Shown one piece after another: positions 63,192 through 64,000 of a DNA stretch of 64,000 nt. A model generated the notes under the pieces. It worked only from the letters and a program-made list of their open reading frames with translations, made no database searches and was not told the origin of the DNA. The first letter of the stretch is position 1, and the number at the start of each line of letters is the position of its first letter. The translations under genes were made by a program, and so were the position numbers. This DNA comes from an uncultured Verrucomicrobiae bacterium (GTDB taxonomy: Bacteria; Verrucomicrobiota; Verrucomicrobiia; Chthoniobacterales; Terrimicrobiaceae): positions 32,001 to 96,000 of the forward strand of contig CAVPOC010000004.1 of the NCBI GenBank assembly GCA_963706955.1, read 5' to 3'.

Positions 63192-63423
63192 TCAGTCAAC
63201 TTGCTGTTGCTTAACGTTAAAATGGCTGATCCAGCCGCATTTTAAGCAGATGGCGTGGCAAGCTTCGGAGTCCTTCCTCACTATCGACCAGCCGAGTTCT
63301 CCACACTTGACCGCGCCCGCACCGTGGACGAGTCTTCTTGGAAATGGTCTTCTCAATGGCGCACTTAACCATCGCTCCCGCCAGGACGGAGAAGACAACT
63401 CCGGTAATGAAAATCAAGGTCAT
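63192..63423 (-). CDS. Small hypothetical membrane-anchored protein, possibly with a Cys zinc-ribbon tail (needs a frameshift near 63310)
   Basis: TM 'MTLIFITGVVFSVLAGAMV'; the adjacent frame gives 'KCGELGWSIVRKDSEACHAICLKCGW'. Confidence 0.35.
63217..63245. terminator. Candidate hairpin/terminator downstream of the MFS gene
   Basis: TTAAAAT-GGCTG-ATC-CAGCC-GC-ATTTTAA inverted repeat. Confidence 0.35.
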
Positions 63424-63641
63424 AATTGTCTACCCGAAGGCTCCCTGCCAAGAACCGTTCGCTCGAATACGGACGGACTGTTCGAACGTCGCACGGGTAG
63501 CGAGATGCTTCTAGCGTGAAGTCGAATTTTAACAAACAAAAGTGTGGATACTCGCCTCCGCTGGACCGGCAGAAGCGACATACTTGACAAGTTCCAGTGT
63601 AGAAAGTAAAAATTGGTGTAAGTGTCCTCCAGCTGCAGGTC

Positions 63642-64000
63642 TTAAAATTCCACACGCTGTCCGAGCTCAACTGTCCGGTTGACTGGGAGCTTGAAAAACT
63701 CGGCCGGCCGTTGAGCGAGCCGGTTCATGGCAGAGTAAAGGACTTTATGCCAGCGAGCCATTCCTGGTTTGTTGGTGCAGACGAGGATTTCTCGACCCAG
63801 GAAGAAGCTGGTTTTTTCCTCTTCGATCACGAAATTCTTCAGAGCGCAGCATTCAATCACCTCGCCGAGGGTCGGCGTTTCCATAAAGCCGAAGTGGGCG
63901 ACGACTCGGTAAAATCCGTCAGACAGGTCGGTGATTTCTATTCGGGAGAGTTTTGAGACATAGGGGATTCGGTCGGTGCGAATCGTCAGAACCACATTGC
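63642..64000 (-). CDS. kup: KUP/HAK/KT potassium transporter, C-terminal part (truncated by window edge)
   Basis: 'HFGFMETP', 'TSFFLGRE' and 'FFKLPVNRTVELGQRVEF'. Confidence 0.92.
   Translation of the reverse strand, partial: NVVLTIRTDRIPYVSKLSRIEITDLSDGFYRVVAHFGFMETPTLGEVIECCALKNFVIEEEKTSFFLGREILVCTNKPGMARWHKVLYSAMNRLAQRPAEFFKLPVNRTVELGQRVEF

Noticed and set aside
63584..63612. TTGACA-17 nt-TAAAAA promoter pointing antisense into kup
   Set aside because: The -10 lacks the conserved final T and no sense gene follows; it may be chance in an AT-rich spacer
45966..64000. Genomic island integrated at the tRNA
   Set aside because: No integrase, no repeated tRNA 3' end that I could find, and downstream genes are ordinary chromosomal functions

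Overview
A 64 kb, GC-rich, gene-dense bacterial chromosomal segment of mostly housekeeping genes. The gene set (fused lpxC-fabZ, lpxI, single-RRM protein, hpnH/shc, Ku, compact sigma-70 paralogue) suggests a soil Verrucomicrobiota (Chthoniobacterales-like) genome; this is inference, not a database result. Contents include: a murJ tail; an ECF sigma coupled to an anti-sigma/vWA fusion; an RRM gene with a structured leader; two lipid A clusters (lpxC-fabZ/lpxA and lpxI/GnnA-like/lpxB); hisF, a Fur regulator and folP; a split pta; hpnH-shc; a GH2 mannosidase; a PLD plus chromate-transporter pair; two GT-C membrane proteins; pdxJ-bioF; a flavin-dependent halogenase abutting a UbiD decarboxylase; a ynbA/plsC/ynbB-like lipid trio; uppP, P-II and tRNA-Ile2; a stress-type block (cls, AKR, M50-CBS, GH15, Ku, NUDIX, Na+/H+ antiporter, sigma factor); an MFS transporter; and a kup tail. 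About 20 genes are broken by small indels, including normally essential ones, which points to long-read consensus errors rather than true pseudogenes. I found no integrase, transposase, CRISPR array or rRNA. The best leads are the halogenase-UbiD pair, the multi-stem RNA leader of the RRM gene, a degenerate duplicate of the shc 3' end beside a REP-like palindrome, and a degenerate nucleotide cyclase embedded in the lpxB operon.
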